From: a bacterium
Lineage (GTDB): Bacteria > Patescibacteriota > Minisyncoccia > Phycocordibacterales > Phycocordibacteraceae
Assembly (NCBI GenBank): GCA_021784875.1
Contig: JAJYHF010000032.1
Coordinates: 1-32,127 of the forward strand
Reading direction: 5' to 3'
Length of the DNA stretch: 32,127 nt
Made by a program: the position numbers and the translations under genes. Shown piece by piece: positions 1-8,309 of this stretch (position 1 is the stretch's first letter; each line of letters starts with the position of its first letter). The notes under the pieces were generated by a model. The model made no database searches. It was not told the origin of the DNA and saw only the letters and a program-made list of their open reading frames with translations.

Positions 1-132
1 TGCCGGCCGCTCCGCAGAGCGTTCACGCCGAACAGGCCCGCCTCGACGAGGCGCAGCCCGATGACCTGAGTGATCCGAGTGACCAGACGAGCTCCCGCCC
101 GTCGACTGATGATGCCATCTTCCTATTTGCAT
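1..132 (-). CDS. 5' end of a gene running off the window; low-complexity Gly/Ser/Arg/His-rich N-terminus
   Basis: ATG at 132-130 opens a stop-free frame to base 1 (MQIGRWHHQSTGGSSSGHSDHSGHRAAPRRGGPVRRERSAERPA) after an AT-rich spacer. The product cannot be identified from this fragment. Confidence 0.5.
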   Translation of the reverse strand, partial: MQIGRWHHQSTGGSSSGHSDHSGHRAAPRRGGPVRRERSAERPA

Positions 133-202
133 GTTGAATATGTAAGACAAGTAAAAAACAAACCTATGCAGGCCTGCTCTCGCTTCGTATTGAGAGAAAA
201 GC

Positions 203-520
203 TTAAGAGATTGAGTCGATCTTCACCTTGAGAACTGGCTGGCGGTGGCCGTTGCGCTTGTAGTAGCGGCTCTTCGGCTTGTACTTCACCACCTCGACTT
301 TCTTCGCCTTCCCGGCGAGAACAACGGTGCCCTTGACCTCCGCGCCTTTGATAGTCGGCGCGCCGATGGTCGTGTCCGAGCCGTTGTCGACGAGGAGCAC
401 CTCGCCGAAGACAACCGTGTCACCTTTTTTCAAATCCCCCGGGAGCTTCTCAATAGCGATCGTGTCGCCCTTTTGGACGACATACTGCTTCCCGCCGGTC
501 TTGATCACGGCCACTTCCAT
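203..520 (-). CDS. rplU: 50S ribosomal protein L21
   Basis: MEVAVIKTGGKQYVV...KYKPKSRYYKRNGHRQP matches L21 motifs. Start trimmed to the ATG at 520. Confidence 0.97.
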   Translation of the reverse strand: MEVAVIKTGGKQYVVQKGDTIAIEKLPGDLKKGDTVVFGEVLLVDNGSDTTIGAPTIKGAEVKGTVVLAGKAKKVEVVKYKPKSRYYKRNGHRQPVLKVKIDSIS

Positions 521-586
521 AGTCCCTATAAGGTAGCATTCCTGGCCAAAAAAGGCAATATACGAAAGGTGGACTGAATACAACCC

Positions 587-1633
587 TTATTCTTCTACTG
601 TAGGCTTCTCGAGTAGCTCAGGCTCAAGCCCGATCTTCTCGCCCGCGATGCGGTAGACGTCCTTGTCTATCTTGCCCAATTCCTTATAGCCACTGTTGTA
701 GTGCGAGACGGTCGTGCCCAAGGAGACGCCGAGCTTCTTATAGAAGGCTTCGTAGGCGCCCAAGTGCTTCCCGAGCTCGCCCACGCGCTTCTGGATATCT
801 TCGGCGCGCTTTTCGATCTCGAGCGCCTTCAATCCCTGCATGACCGTCTGGAGATAGGCCAGGAAAGAGGTCGGCGAGACGATGATGACCTTATACTTCC
901 CCGCCGCGCGCTGGATCAGGTTCTCGTCTTCTCCGCCGCCCACTTGGTTCGTGAGGAGGTCGTAATAGATGCCCTCGCTCGGGATGAACATGAAGGCGAA
1001 GTCCATCGTCCCTTCCTCAGGACGGATGTACTTGGCCGTTTCCTGGATGCGGAGCTTGAGGTCGTTGACGAACGCCTTCTCCAGAGCCGGCTTCTCCTCC
1101 GGCGCGGCCGAGACGAGGCGGTTATAGTTCTCAAGGGAAAATTTGGAGTCGACCGGGACGACCTTGTCATTCACGAAGACGGCTGCGTCGACGATCTCGC
1201 CGTTCTTGAAGGGATACTGGACCTGATACATTCCCGGCGGAAGGACGTTCTTCAGCACCGTCTCGAGATAATATTCGCCGAGGACGCCGCGCTGCTTCGG
1301 GTTCTTCAAGATATCCTGGAGGCTCTTCAGTTGTTCGGCGTAGCCCTGGGTCTGACGGCCGATCTCCTTCACCGAGGTAAGCTCCTCAGTGATCTCCTTC
1401 ACGAGCCGGTTCGACTCGGCAAATTGGCGATGGGCACTCTCCTGCATCGCTTTCGACGATTCAGCAACGCGCGCGTCGAGCGTCTTCGAGAGTTCCTGGA
1501 GCTGCTGCTGCAGGAGAAGGAGGCTACCGGAATCTTCCGGCTTTTCAGCCTTCTGGACCTTCTTGAGCAGGTTCCAAAGGAGCGCGAAACCGACGATGAT
1601 TATTATGAGTATGAAGAAGGCGAAGACATCCAT
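587..1633 (-). CDS. rmuC: DNA recombination protein RmuC
   Basis: N-terminal TM helix and coiled coil, then RGVLGEYYLE, VPVDSKF, FAFMFIPSEG and IVSPTSF motifs. Start at ATG 1633. Confidence 0.93.
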   Translation of the reverse strand: MDVFAFFILIIIIVGFALLWNLLKKVQKAEKPEDSGSLLLLQQQLQELSKTLDARVAESSKAMQESAHRQFAESNRLVKEITEELTSVKEIGRQTQGYAEQLKSLQDILKNPKQRGVLGEYYLETVLKNVLPPGMYQVQYPFKNGEIVDAAVFVNDKVVPVDSKFSLENYNRLVSAAPEEKPALEKAFVNDLKLRIQETAKYIRPEEGTMDFAFMFIPSEGIYYDLLTNQVGGGEDENLIQRAAGKYKVIIVSPTSFLAYLQTVMQGLKALEIEKRAEDIQKRVGELGKHLGAYEAFYKKLGVSLGTTVSHYNSGYKELGKIDKDVYRIAGEKIGLEPELLEKPTVEE

Positions 1634-1639
1634 GCCTGT

Positions 1640-1647
1640 AGTATACT
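1640..1647. promoter_or_regulatory. Palindromic bidirectional -10 element (AGTATACT) between rmuC and the YqeY gene
   Basis: TATACT reads on both strands within a 22-bp divergent spacer. It lies 6 nt from the rmuC ATG and 8 nt from the YqeY ATG. Confidence 0.7.
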
Positions 1648-1655
1648 CTACCCAT

Positions 1656-2111
1656 ATGGCTATCCACGAAAACCTGAAGAAAGCGATCCCCGACGCGATG
1701 CGGGCTAAAGACGAAGTGAAGCTCCGGACGCTCCGCTCCCTCGTCACTGCGATGACGAACGAGGTCGTCGCCAAGAAGCGCAAGCCCGACGAGTTCCTGG
1801 AGGATGACGAGGCGCTCGCGGTCTTGAAGCGTGCGGCGAGCCAGCGCAGGGACTCGATCGAACAGTTCGAGAAGGCTGGCCGGCAGGAGCTCGCCGAGCC
1901 CGAGAAGGCCGAGTTCGCCCTTATCGAGTCCTACCTCCCTGCCATGATGCCGCGCGAAGAGATCGAAGCGATCGCGAAGGCCAAGATGGCCGAGCTGGGG
2001 ATATCGGACAAGGCCGAGGCGGGTAAATTTACCGGCCTCCTTATGAAGGAATTGAAAGGCCAAGCCGACGGCGCGGACGTCAAAGCCGTTGTGGATACCT
2101 TGCTTGCCTAA
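1656..2111 (+). CDS. GatB/YqeY domain protein
   Basis: LKKAIPDAMRAKDEVKLRTLR...QRRDSIEQFEKAGRQELAEPEKAE...YLP is the YqeY pattern. Confidence 0.92.
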   Translation: MAIHENLKKAIPDAMRAKDEVKLRTLRSLVTAMTNEVVAKKRKPDEFLEDDEALAVLKRAASQRRDSIEQFEKAGRQELAEPEKAEFALIESYLPAMMPREEIEAIAKAKMAELGISDKAEAGKFTGLLMKELKGQADGADVKAVVDTLLA

Positions 2112-2164
2112 TGGAGAAGGTGTCTAATATAGGAAGATAGACCTTTCATTATAGGAGGAAAATC

Positions 2165-2401
2165 ATGCGAGAAGGAATTCCACAAAACGTGCGCCAGGCG
2201 TGGGCAATCGGAGATGAAGAAGCGCTTCACAACATCAGCAGCGCCGGCGGGAAAGCCGCCGCGCAAAAACGCGCCGCGCAAAAGAAAACTGAGGCAGAAA
2301 GAATCAAACGGCTAACGGACGAAGCCACCAGACAAAACGCTATGCTCTATTCCGAGCACGACGGCGACGTCCTCCCTCCTCCTGAAATCATCGAAGACTA
2401 G
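2165..2401 (+). CDS. Small hypothetical protein (78 aa)
   Basis: AGGAGG SD at 2153-2158, TAATAT at 2125-2130 and a terminator directly after the stop. ISSAGGKAAA weakly resembles KGG-type repeats. Confidence 0.7.
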   Translation: MREGIPQNVRQAWAIGDEEALHNISSAGGKAAAQKRAAQKKTEAERIKRLTDEATRQNAMLYSEHDGDVLPPPEIIED

Positions 2402-2460
2402 CGCGGGCCTCTCCAAGAAGGCTCCGCGCCTTCTTTTTCTTTCTTTCCTTTTCTTTTTCT
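2401..2460 (+). terminator. Intrinsic terminator
   Basis: GC-rich hairpin GCGCGG...CCGCGC followed by a long T/C tract. Confidence 0.75.
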
Positions 2461-2484
2461 GATATAAAGGCATTGTGCGGATGA

Positions 2485-2557
2485 GGCCTTATCGTCTAGG
2501 GGTCTAGGACACATCCCTCTCACGGATGGAACCCGGGTTCGAATCCCGGTAAGGTCA
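2485..2557 (+). tRNA. tRNA-Glu (anticodon CTC), CCA not encoded
   Basis: Acceptor stem GGCCTTA/TAAGGTC, anticodon arm CATCC-CTCTCAC-GGATG and T arm CCGGG-TTCGAAT-CCCGG. The discriminator A is followed by CAA. Confidence 0.95.
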
Positions 2558-2603
2558 CAATCAGCACGGAGGGACACACGGCGATTCTTTCCTTGCGTTT
2601 TAG

Positions 2604-5600
2604 TTAAAGCATTCCTTTCACCAATCTTCGTGTCATCGGCCCGAAGTATCCGGTCGCCGGGAGGCCATGAGCGGCCTGGAAGCGCACGAGAGCGCGATAG
2701 GTGGCGGGGCCGAAGTAGTCGGTTTCGTTTCCGAGAGAACCGGGGCCGGTTCGGGAGACGGTGAAGCCGTGCGTGTTAAGGAACTGCTGAAGCTCCTTAA
2801 CCTCCGGGAGGTTAGCATGGAAGGCGAGGTTAGCCGTAAAGATCGGAACGGAAGCCGTCGAAGGAGCGGTTTGGGTGGAAGAAGGTCGATCTAGAAGGGC
2901 GGCGTGAACACTGTTGATGGTATTCTGATCAGCGCCAAAAGAGGTGAGAAGGAAGAGAATGGCGTTGATCTGGTTGCTAGTGAGGCTGGAGGAAGTGCCG
3001 GTCGGCACGACGGCAGCGGTCACCGTGTCGGTTGTGGTAGCGACGCTGTTGCTGCTTGCGGGAACGGCCGAAGCTGTGGGCACCGAGACGGCACCGCCCC
3101 CTCCCCCGCCGCCGCTCGAAACGATTATCGAACCACCTCCCCCACCGCCTCCTCCGGATGAGGCAGACGCTATCGAGAAACTTATTGCATAGTCCGTTGT
3201 GTTGGCATTGCCTGAGGAATCTTGACAACGGACGTAATAGGTATATGAATTTCCATCTGAAAGTCCAATTATTGTGGTGGAGTGCGATGTTGTCCCCGTA
3301 GTTGTAAAAGTATCGGTCATTGAGGAATAGCTGGTATTCGCCGTTGTAGAATATCTGCAGGTAGCGTTTTCATTGGTAGTTACCGAAAGAGTGGTTTGGG
3401 TGGTGCCAGATGAGAGAGAGCTTGATGGGGAGCCGCCAGAGAGAACTGGGGGGATGGTGTCTACCGTAGCGGAAGAAGCGGAAAATTGAGAAAATGTTTG
3501 GGTAGTAAATTGGCAGACTCCGCTAGCAACAGTGCACGTGGTTCCGGTATTGGTCCAAGAAGAACTGCCTGGTTCTTCACGAAGAATGGTGAGGGTCTGG
3601 CCGTTATAAGAAGAACTTATTGGGATTTGGATAGTAACGAGGTTATTAGAAGCTAAAGAGTGGGTCGGGTCACCGAACGACACTGCGCCCAAGGAGACAT
3701 AGCCGGATGGAATGTTTGATGTGGACACGGTTGAAGTAGCATCCATCTGGCTGAAGTCGATGGTCGCGGTGGCGGACATGGTCGTATTGGAAGGAACAGT
3801 AACTACTGCTCCGCTTCCAAGTGTTATTTGGACCTTGTTATTGAATGTGATTTGCTCAGTCGAAGTGGCGGTTCCGGTAGTCGCATAAACCACGTCGGGA
3901 GAAAGAATCGCCTTGCTCAGGTTTTTCCAGGGCGTCGAAGCACTGTAGCCTGAATTTAAATCGCTCCCCGATGACGACAAATAATACGAATGCGTATATT
4001 TATATGCCCCCATATCCCAAAAATTTTGCGGACGATAGAGGCCGTTGATGTCGGTTGTGATTAGAGAGCTCACTGTGGAGGTTCCTGAATTGACGGCAGG
4101 ACTGGTCGATTGGAGGGTAAAATTATTTGCGCTTGGATTGGAAAAAAGCGGATCGGAGTTAACCGGACTTGATTCCCAAGCCGGTGGAGTCCCGGCGTTA
4201 TACCATAAGTCGTTCGCAGCCGTACCAGGATTATAGCTTCCCCCAAAATAAGGAAAGTCAGTGGGGTTTTGAGTCGCGTATATGATGTTATTTCTGAAAT
4301 CTATCGAACCACTCCCGGCACCTCCCCCGCTAAATAGATCTCCGGTTGTTGTAGTTCCGTTGCCGGTCCAAAAACCGTAAGTGATCGCGCATTGTCCAGC
4401 GTCATAAGCGGTCTGATCCCCCCAGCCATAAACCGTATTGTTATAAAATTGTATCTGAGCATAATTATTAACGCCATGAAAAGCCGCGAACGAACACCAA
4501 ACGGTGCCGTCCACCATGGCCGGCCCCTGCCCCACGTTTACGAATAAATTATTATAAATCTTGACGGGCATCGAATAGCAAACGCTCGAGGTGGTCCCCC
4601 CGCTGCCCACATCAACAGCCGTGCCGCGTTGATTTACGACGACATTGTCATGCATCAGTATTGGGCTGCTGTAGTCGCCACATACTCCTTCATCATACAA
4701 ATGGAGCGCATGCTCCGCTTTGTTGTTGGCTAGATAATTCCAACCCAACTCATAGCCTCCTCTTATGCTCCCGCCTCGATTACTCAAATAAAAGTCATGC
4801 TCCAATTTCGAGGTGGAATCACAACCCCAATCATGTATGTAATTTCCCAAAGCTTTTATATTGCTTATGACGTCAACTGAAGAATTATAATTATCACTTC
4901 CGGCTATTGCGCCGCTTTCTCCGGTTGCGCAAGTCTGGTCGGTTATCTCATTACCGACATAACGCGCCGCTTGAAATGAATTGAAGCCGGTCTGATCGGC
5001 AATGGCAGTTATTTTGGAAAAATTCCAGAAATTAGAAGCACTATTATAATTCGCTACCGCCGCCTGACCGTTCGACAGTCCATAAAAAGTGACTCTGGAA
5101 TCCGGGTACGCGACCGCCGATATATTATCACCGCTCGAACCGCTGCAATGATAAATGGAAAAATTAGTAGCCGTCACGCCATTCTCTAGATAAACGATGT
5201 CGCCGGGAGAAACGAGGCAGCTCCTGGTCCCGTCCATATGGGACACCGTAGCCCACGGCGCAGACCAAGAGCCATCACCCGTCGTGTCGCTTCCGGAAGA
5301 AGCTATGAAATAGATTGAACCGGATTTTATAGTAAAAGGCAGGACATTCGAATTGACGCCGTTCACCGCCACATAAATCTTCGCCGCTCCATCGGCAGCC
5401 TGCGCTGGAATGGAAAAAGCGATCTCCTGCATCTTTTGATAATTATTATAAAGAACGGCCGGACCCCCTGGTAATTGCCCGTCAGCATTTTTCCAATAAT
5501 AAATGTAGGTCGCGGGATATGTATTCCCGGCCGAGTCTTTTATATAAACATCTGATGTTCCTTGTGACGCTCCGAGGTTGTCTCCCCAAATTGTAACAAT

Positions 5601-7238
5601 TGCTCCGCTCCCCTTTCCGTCGCCCAATCCGGTTTTGGGACCGGACGTGATGTCGGAGAAATTAAGAATCGGAGAATTATGCGTAGTTACCGGAACTGTC
5701 CCGTTTGAAGAAACGGACGCGGCCGAATTTCCGGCTATGTTAGTGGCAACAACAGAAAAAGTATAACTTGTACCACTAGCCAGACCGCCGACAGTGATGT
5801 TATTCCCCGTGCTAGTAGCTGTTATATTGTCAGGACTAGAGGTGACTGTATATTTAGTGATTGCCGAACCATTTGATGAAGGAATGGAAAAAGAAATAAC
5901 AGCCGAATCATAACCGGAAGCCATAGCAGCAACGTTTGTCGGGGCACCAGGAACGGCACAAGGAGTGGTGGAAACGACATTAGAAGAAAGCGAATCCCCA
6001 TTGGCATTTCGAGCAACGACTTCAAAATCATAGCCTTGACCGTTTGTAAGGCTGGTTATTATTGCATTTGTTTGCGTGGGACTTATTGTGGTAGCCAAAG
6101 AAAATGTTTGGGATCCCGTTTGGCGATCGTAAATAAGATAATTGGTAATTGCCGAACCGTTATCCGTGGTTGGAGCGATCCAAGAGAGCGAAACTTGCGT
6201 GTTGCCGAAAGCCGCCGCAAGTGATTGCGGTGCTGTAGGAGCGCCAACACTGACTGTTGTTGAAGCGGTAGTTGTTCCATATGAATTAGCCACTGAAAGC
6301 GTGTAGGTTGTTGTGACTGCCGGACCAATTACGACAGAACTCGATGTAGCGGTAGATTGGCTGCCTATACCGTTATCGACACTTACCGAAGTCGGCGTCC
6401 CGATTATATTCCAGGCCAAAGTTGAAGTAGCACCAGGCTGTATCGAACTCGGAGTGGCAGAAAAAGAAGAGATGATGGGAAGAGAGGCGTCTTTAAATGC
6501 AATGGCTGCTAACGCCGCCTTACTGCTCGCCGTTGACCAGACTGGGGCGGTTCCGTCATATGTATTGAGGCTGCCGCCTACGCACAATTGACTCGTAATA
6601 CCTATATCGGAAAAAATACAATTAAAAGGGTCAGAATAGGCACCGCTAATAGCGGTAGTTGTAGCATTAGAAACATCCATCAGCTGCAAGATCAGATCAT
6701 TCGTGCCATTCAGAGACAGCCCGACTCCGTTATGATTTACGCTGAATGAATTATCCCCTCGTTCGCCGGCGGTATCAAACGTAATGGGTCCGTTTGTACT
6801 CGCGTACTCCAAGACATTGGCTGCCACGTGCCACTGCGCCGAAGCAAAAGTCCAACTGATCGTTGTAGTCGTACTGGCGCTGCTCAACGTGTAAGCGCAT
6901 TGCGTTGAATAACCGCTGCTCGATCCATACCACCCAAAACATCCAGAAGTGGCCGGCAAAACCCAATTACTACCCCCGGTTACGCTGGAAATGACCGACG
7001 ACGAGACACTCTCTCCCGAAACCGCCAGCACCAGGAGATCCCCGTCTCCCGGTGCCGGCACGGTTACGGAGCAATGCGTGGAATCAGCGCATGTTGGAGT
7101 AGAGGTGGAATTCTGTATCAAAGTCCACCCTGATGACGCGTTGGCGATATGTGCGAAGGCGAATATACTTCCCACAAAGATAAGCAGCGCAAGGGAAAAC
7201 CTGGTATAAAATGCTTTTTGCGACACATGAGGACGCAT
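2604..7238 (-). CDS. Large exported multidomain surface protein: signal peptide, Ig-like and 2 FN3 domains, probable right-handed beta-helix, further Ig/FN3-like domains, Gly linker, C-terminal peptidoglycan-binding domain
   Basis: Signal peptide ends AHIANA. FN3 motifs (APTAPQSL...LSWIAP...NGSAITNY...LTNGQGYDFEV) and a beta-helix end (DPLF...NFTLQSTSPAVNSG...DMGAY) are present. The C-terminus VKELQQFLN...YFGPATYRALVRFQAAHGLPATGYFGPMTR is PG-binding-like. Start at ATG 7238. Confidence 0.85.
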   Translation of the reverse strand: MRPHVSQKAFYTRFSLALLIFVGSIFAFAHIANASSGWTLIQNSTSTPTCADSTHCSVTVPAPGDGDLLVLAVSGESVSSSVISSVTGGSNWVLPATSGCFGWYGSSSGYSTQCAYTLSSASTTTTISWTFASAQWHVAANVLEYASTNGPITFDTAGERGDNSFSVNHNGVGLSLNGTNDLILQLMDVSNATTTAISGAYSDPFNCIFSDIGITSQLCVGGSLNTYDGTAPVWSTASSKAALAAIAFKDASLPIISSFSATPSSIQPGATSTLAWNIIGTPTSVSVDNGIGSQSTATSSSVVIGPAVTTTYTLSVANSYGTTTASTTVSVGAPTAPQSLAAAFGNTQVSLSWIAPTTDNGSAITNYLIYDRQTGSQTFSLATTISPTQTNAIITSLTNGQGYDFEVVARNANGDSLSSNVVSTTPCAVPGAPTNVAAMASGYDSAVISFSIPSSNGSAITKYTVTSSPDNITATSTGNNITVGGLASGTSYTFSVVATNIAGNSAASVSSNGTVPVTTHNSPILNFSDITSGPKTGLGDGKGSGAIVTIWGDNLGASQGTSDVYIKDSAGNTYPATYIYYWKNADGQLPGGPAVLYNNYQKMQEIAFSIPAQAADGAAKIYVAVNGVNSNVLPFTIKSGSIYFIASSGSDTTGDGSWSAPWATVSHMDGTRSCLVSPGDIVYLENGVTATNFSIYHCSGSSGDNISAVAYPDSRVTFYGLSNGQAAVANYNSASNFWNFSKITAIADQTGFNSFQAARYVGNEITDQTCATGESGAIAGSDNYNSSVDVISNIKALGNYIHDWGCDSTSKLEHDFYLSNRGGSIRGGYELGWNYLANNKAEHALHLYDEGVCGDYSSPILMHDNVVVNQRGTAVDVGSGGTTSSVCYSMPVKIYNNLFVNVGQGPAMVDGTVWCSFAAFHGVNNYAQIQFYNNTVYGWGDQTAYDAGQCAITYGFWTGNGTTTTGDLFSGGGAGSGSIDFRNNIIYATQNPTDFPYFGGSYNPGTAANDLWYNAGTPPAWESSPVNSDPLFSNPSANNFTLQSTSPAVNSGTSTVSSLITTDINGLYRPQNFWDMGAYKYTHSYYLSSSGSDLNSGYSASTPWKNLSKAILSPDVVYATTGTATSTEQITFNNKVQITLGSGAVVTVPSNTTMSATATIDFSQMDATSTVSTSNIPSGYVSLGAVSFGDPTHSLASNNLVTIQIPISSSYNGQTLTILREEPGSSSWTNTGTTCTVASGVCQFTTQTFSQFSASSATVDTIPPVLSGGSPSSSLSSGTTQTTLSVTTNENATCRYSTTANTSYSSMTDTFTTTGTTSHSTTIIGLSDGNSYTYYVRCQDSSGNANTTDYAISFSIASASSGGGGGGGGSIIVSSGGGGGGGAVSVPTASAVPASSNSVATTTDTVTAAVVPTGTSSSLTSNQINAILFLLTSFGADQNTINSVHAALLDRPSSTQTAPSTASVPIFTANLAFHANLPEVKELQQFLNTHGFTVSRTGPGSLGNETDYFGPATYRALVRFQAAHGLPATGYFGPMTRRLVKGML

Positions 7239-7390
7239 GCTTATAAGGATACCTGATTCTTCTATCCGCAACCACTCATGTCCACAACGCATAACATGAC
7301 TCAGCAATCGGCTCGATCTCGAAGAGCTTTGAATCTGATATCGTTGCGGTAACGATGTTTTCATTCAAACGCACTCATGATACCGGGTAT

Positions 7391-7855
7391 ATGAAAGAAA
7401 AAGATATCCGCCTCGTGTTCGACATAAGCCTCATCTTGAAAGGCGTGGATGCGCTCGTGGAGGTGGCCGGGGGGCTGCTCGCTTTTTTCGTATCCAAGCA
7501 GTTCCTCGTCACGCTCGCGACCCTCGTCACGCGCGGCGAGCTCGCCGAGGATCCGCACGACGTCATCGCCCATTACCTTCTCCAGGCGGCGCAGAACTTC
7601 TCGATCGGCGAACAGCATTTTGCCGCTTTCTACCTGATCGGCCACGGTGCCGTGAAGCTCTGGCTCGTCATCGGTCTCCTGCGCGGCAAGCTCTGGTACT
7701 ATCCGGTCGCTCTCGTCGTCTTCACGCTCTTTATCCTCTATCAGGCGTACCTCTTCGTCTTTAACGCCTCGATCTGGCTCGTCGCGATCACCATAGTCGA
7801 TATGGTCGTCGTTGCCCTCACCTGGCACGAATGGCGCTACCGTCGGCGGATGTAG
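7391..7855 (+). CDS. DUF2127-like integral membrane protein
   Basis: Four hydrophobic segments with ISLILKGVDALVEVAGG, ELAEDPHD, YLIGHGAVKL and LTWHEW. Confidence 0.8.
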   Translation: MKEKDIRLVFDISLILKGVDALVEVAGGLLAFFVSKQFLVTLATLVTRGELAEDPHDVIAHYLLQAAQNFSIGEQHFAAFYLIGHGAVKLWLVIGLLRGKLWYYPVALVVFTLFILYQAYLFVFNASIWLVAITIVDMVVVALTWHEWRYRRRM

Positions 7856-8286
7856 AATTTCTTTTGGGCGTGATTCTCAAGCACTTCGCGGGTCGGGAAA
7901 TAGAGCGGGGTCGGAAGATTATGTAAATCGAACCATCGCCATTCGACGATCTCGTCCGGCTCCCGAACGCTCGCTTCGCCCTCCCACGCATGTGCGATAA
8001 GCCCGACGGTCACGAAATGTGCGTGAGCGTTCTTGCAGTTGTGCACCGAGATGACCTCGGGATCCTTGATGCGGATGCCGGTCTCTTCCTCAACTTCGCG
8101 CAAAGCGCCTTCTTCGAACTCTTCTCCCCAGTCGAGCTTCCCGCCCGGGAGCGTCCATTCCCCCGCGCTCCGAAACGACGAATCGGCCTTGTCTGGGTCG
8201 GGATGCCGTAAGCCGAGCAACACTTTTCCATCCTTCTCCAAGATGACGCCGAATCCTCCGCGAACGTATTTCTTTTCGTCTGCCAT
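7837..8286 (-). CDS. NUDIX hydrolase (MutT/NUDT15-like)
   Basis: Nudix box GGKLDWGEEFEEGALREVEEETG, plus the EPDEIVEWRWF...PTPLYFP tail. Confidence 0.92.
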   Translation of the reverse strand: MADEKKYVRGGFGVILEKDGKVLLGLRHPDPDKADSSFRSAGEWTLPGGKLDWGEEFEEGALREVEEETGIRIKDPEVISVHNCKNAHAHFVTVGLIAHAWEGEASVREPDEIVEWRWFDLHNLPTPLYFPTREVLENHAQKKFYIRRR

Positions 8287-8309
8287 GCGGCGAGTATATC
8301 ACCCGGCCG

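Noticed and set aside
3093-3160. CCN-rich low-complexity repeats
   Set aside because: They simply encode poly-Gly linkers.
2485-7390. Integrative island or prophage at tRNA-Glu
   Set aside because: No integrase, att duplication or phage genes were seen.
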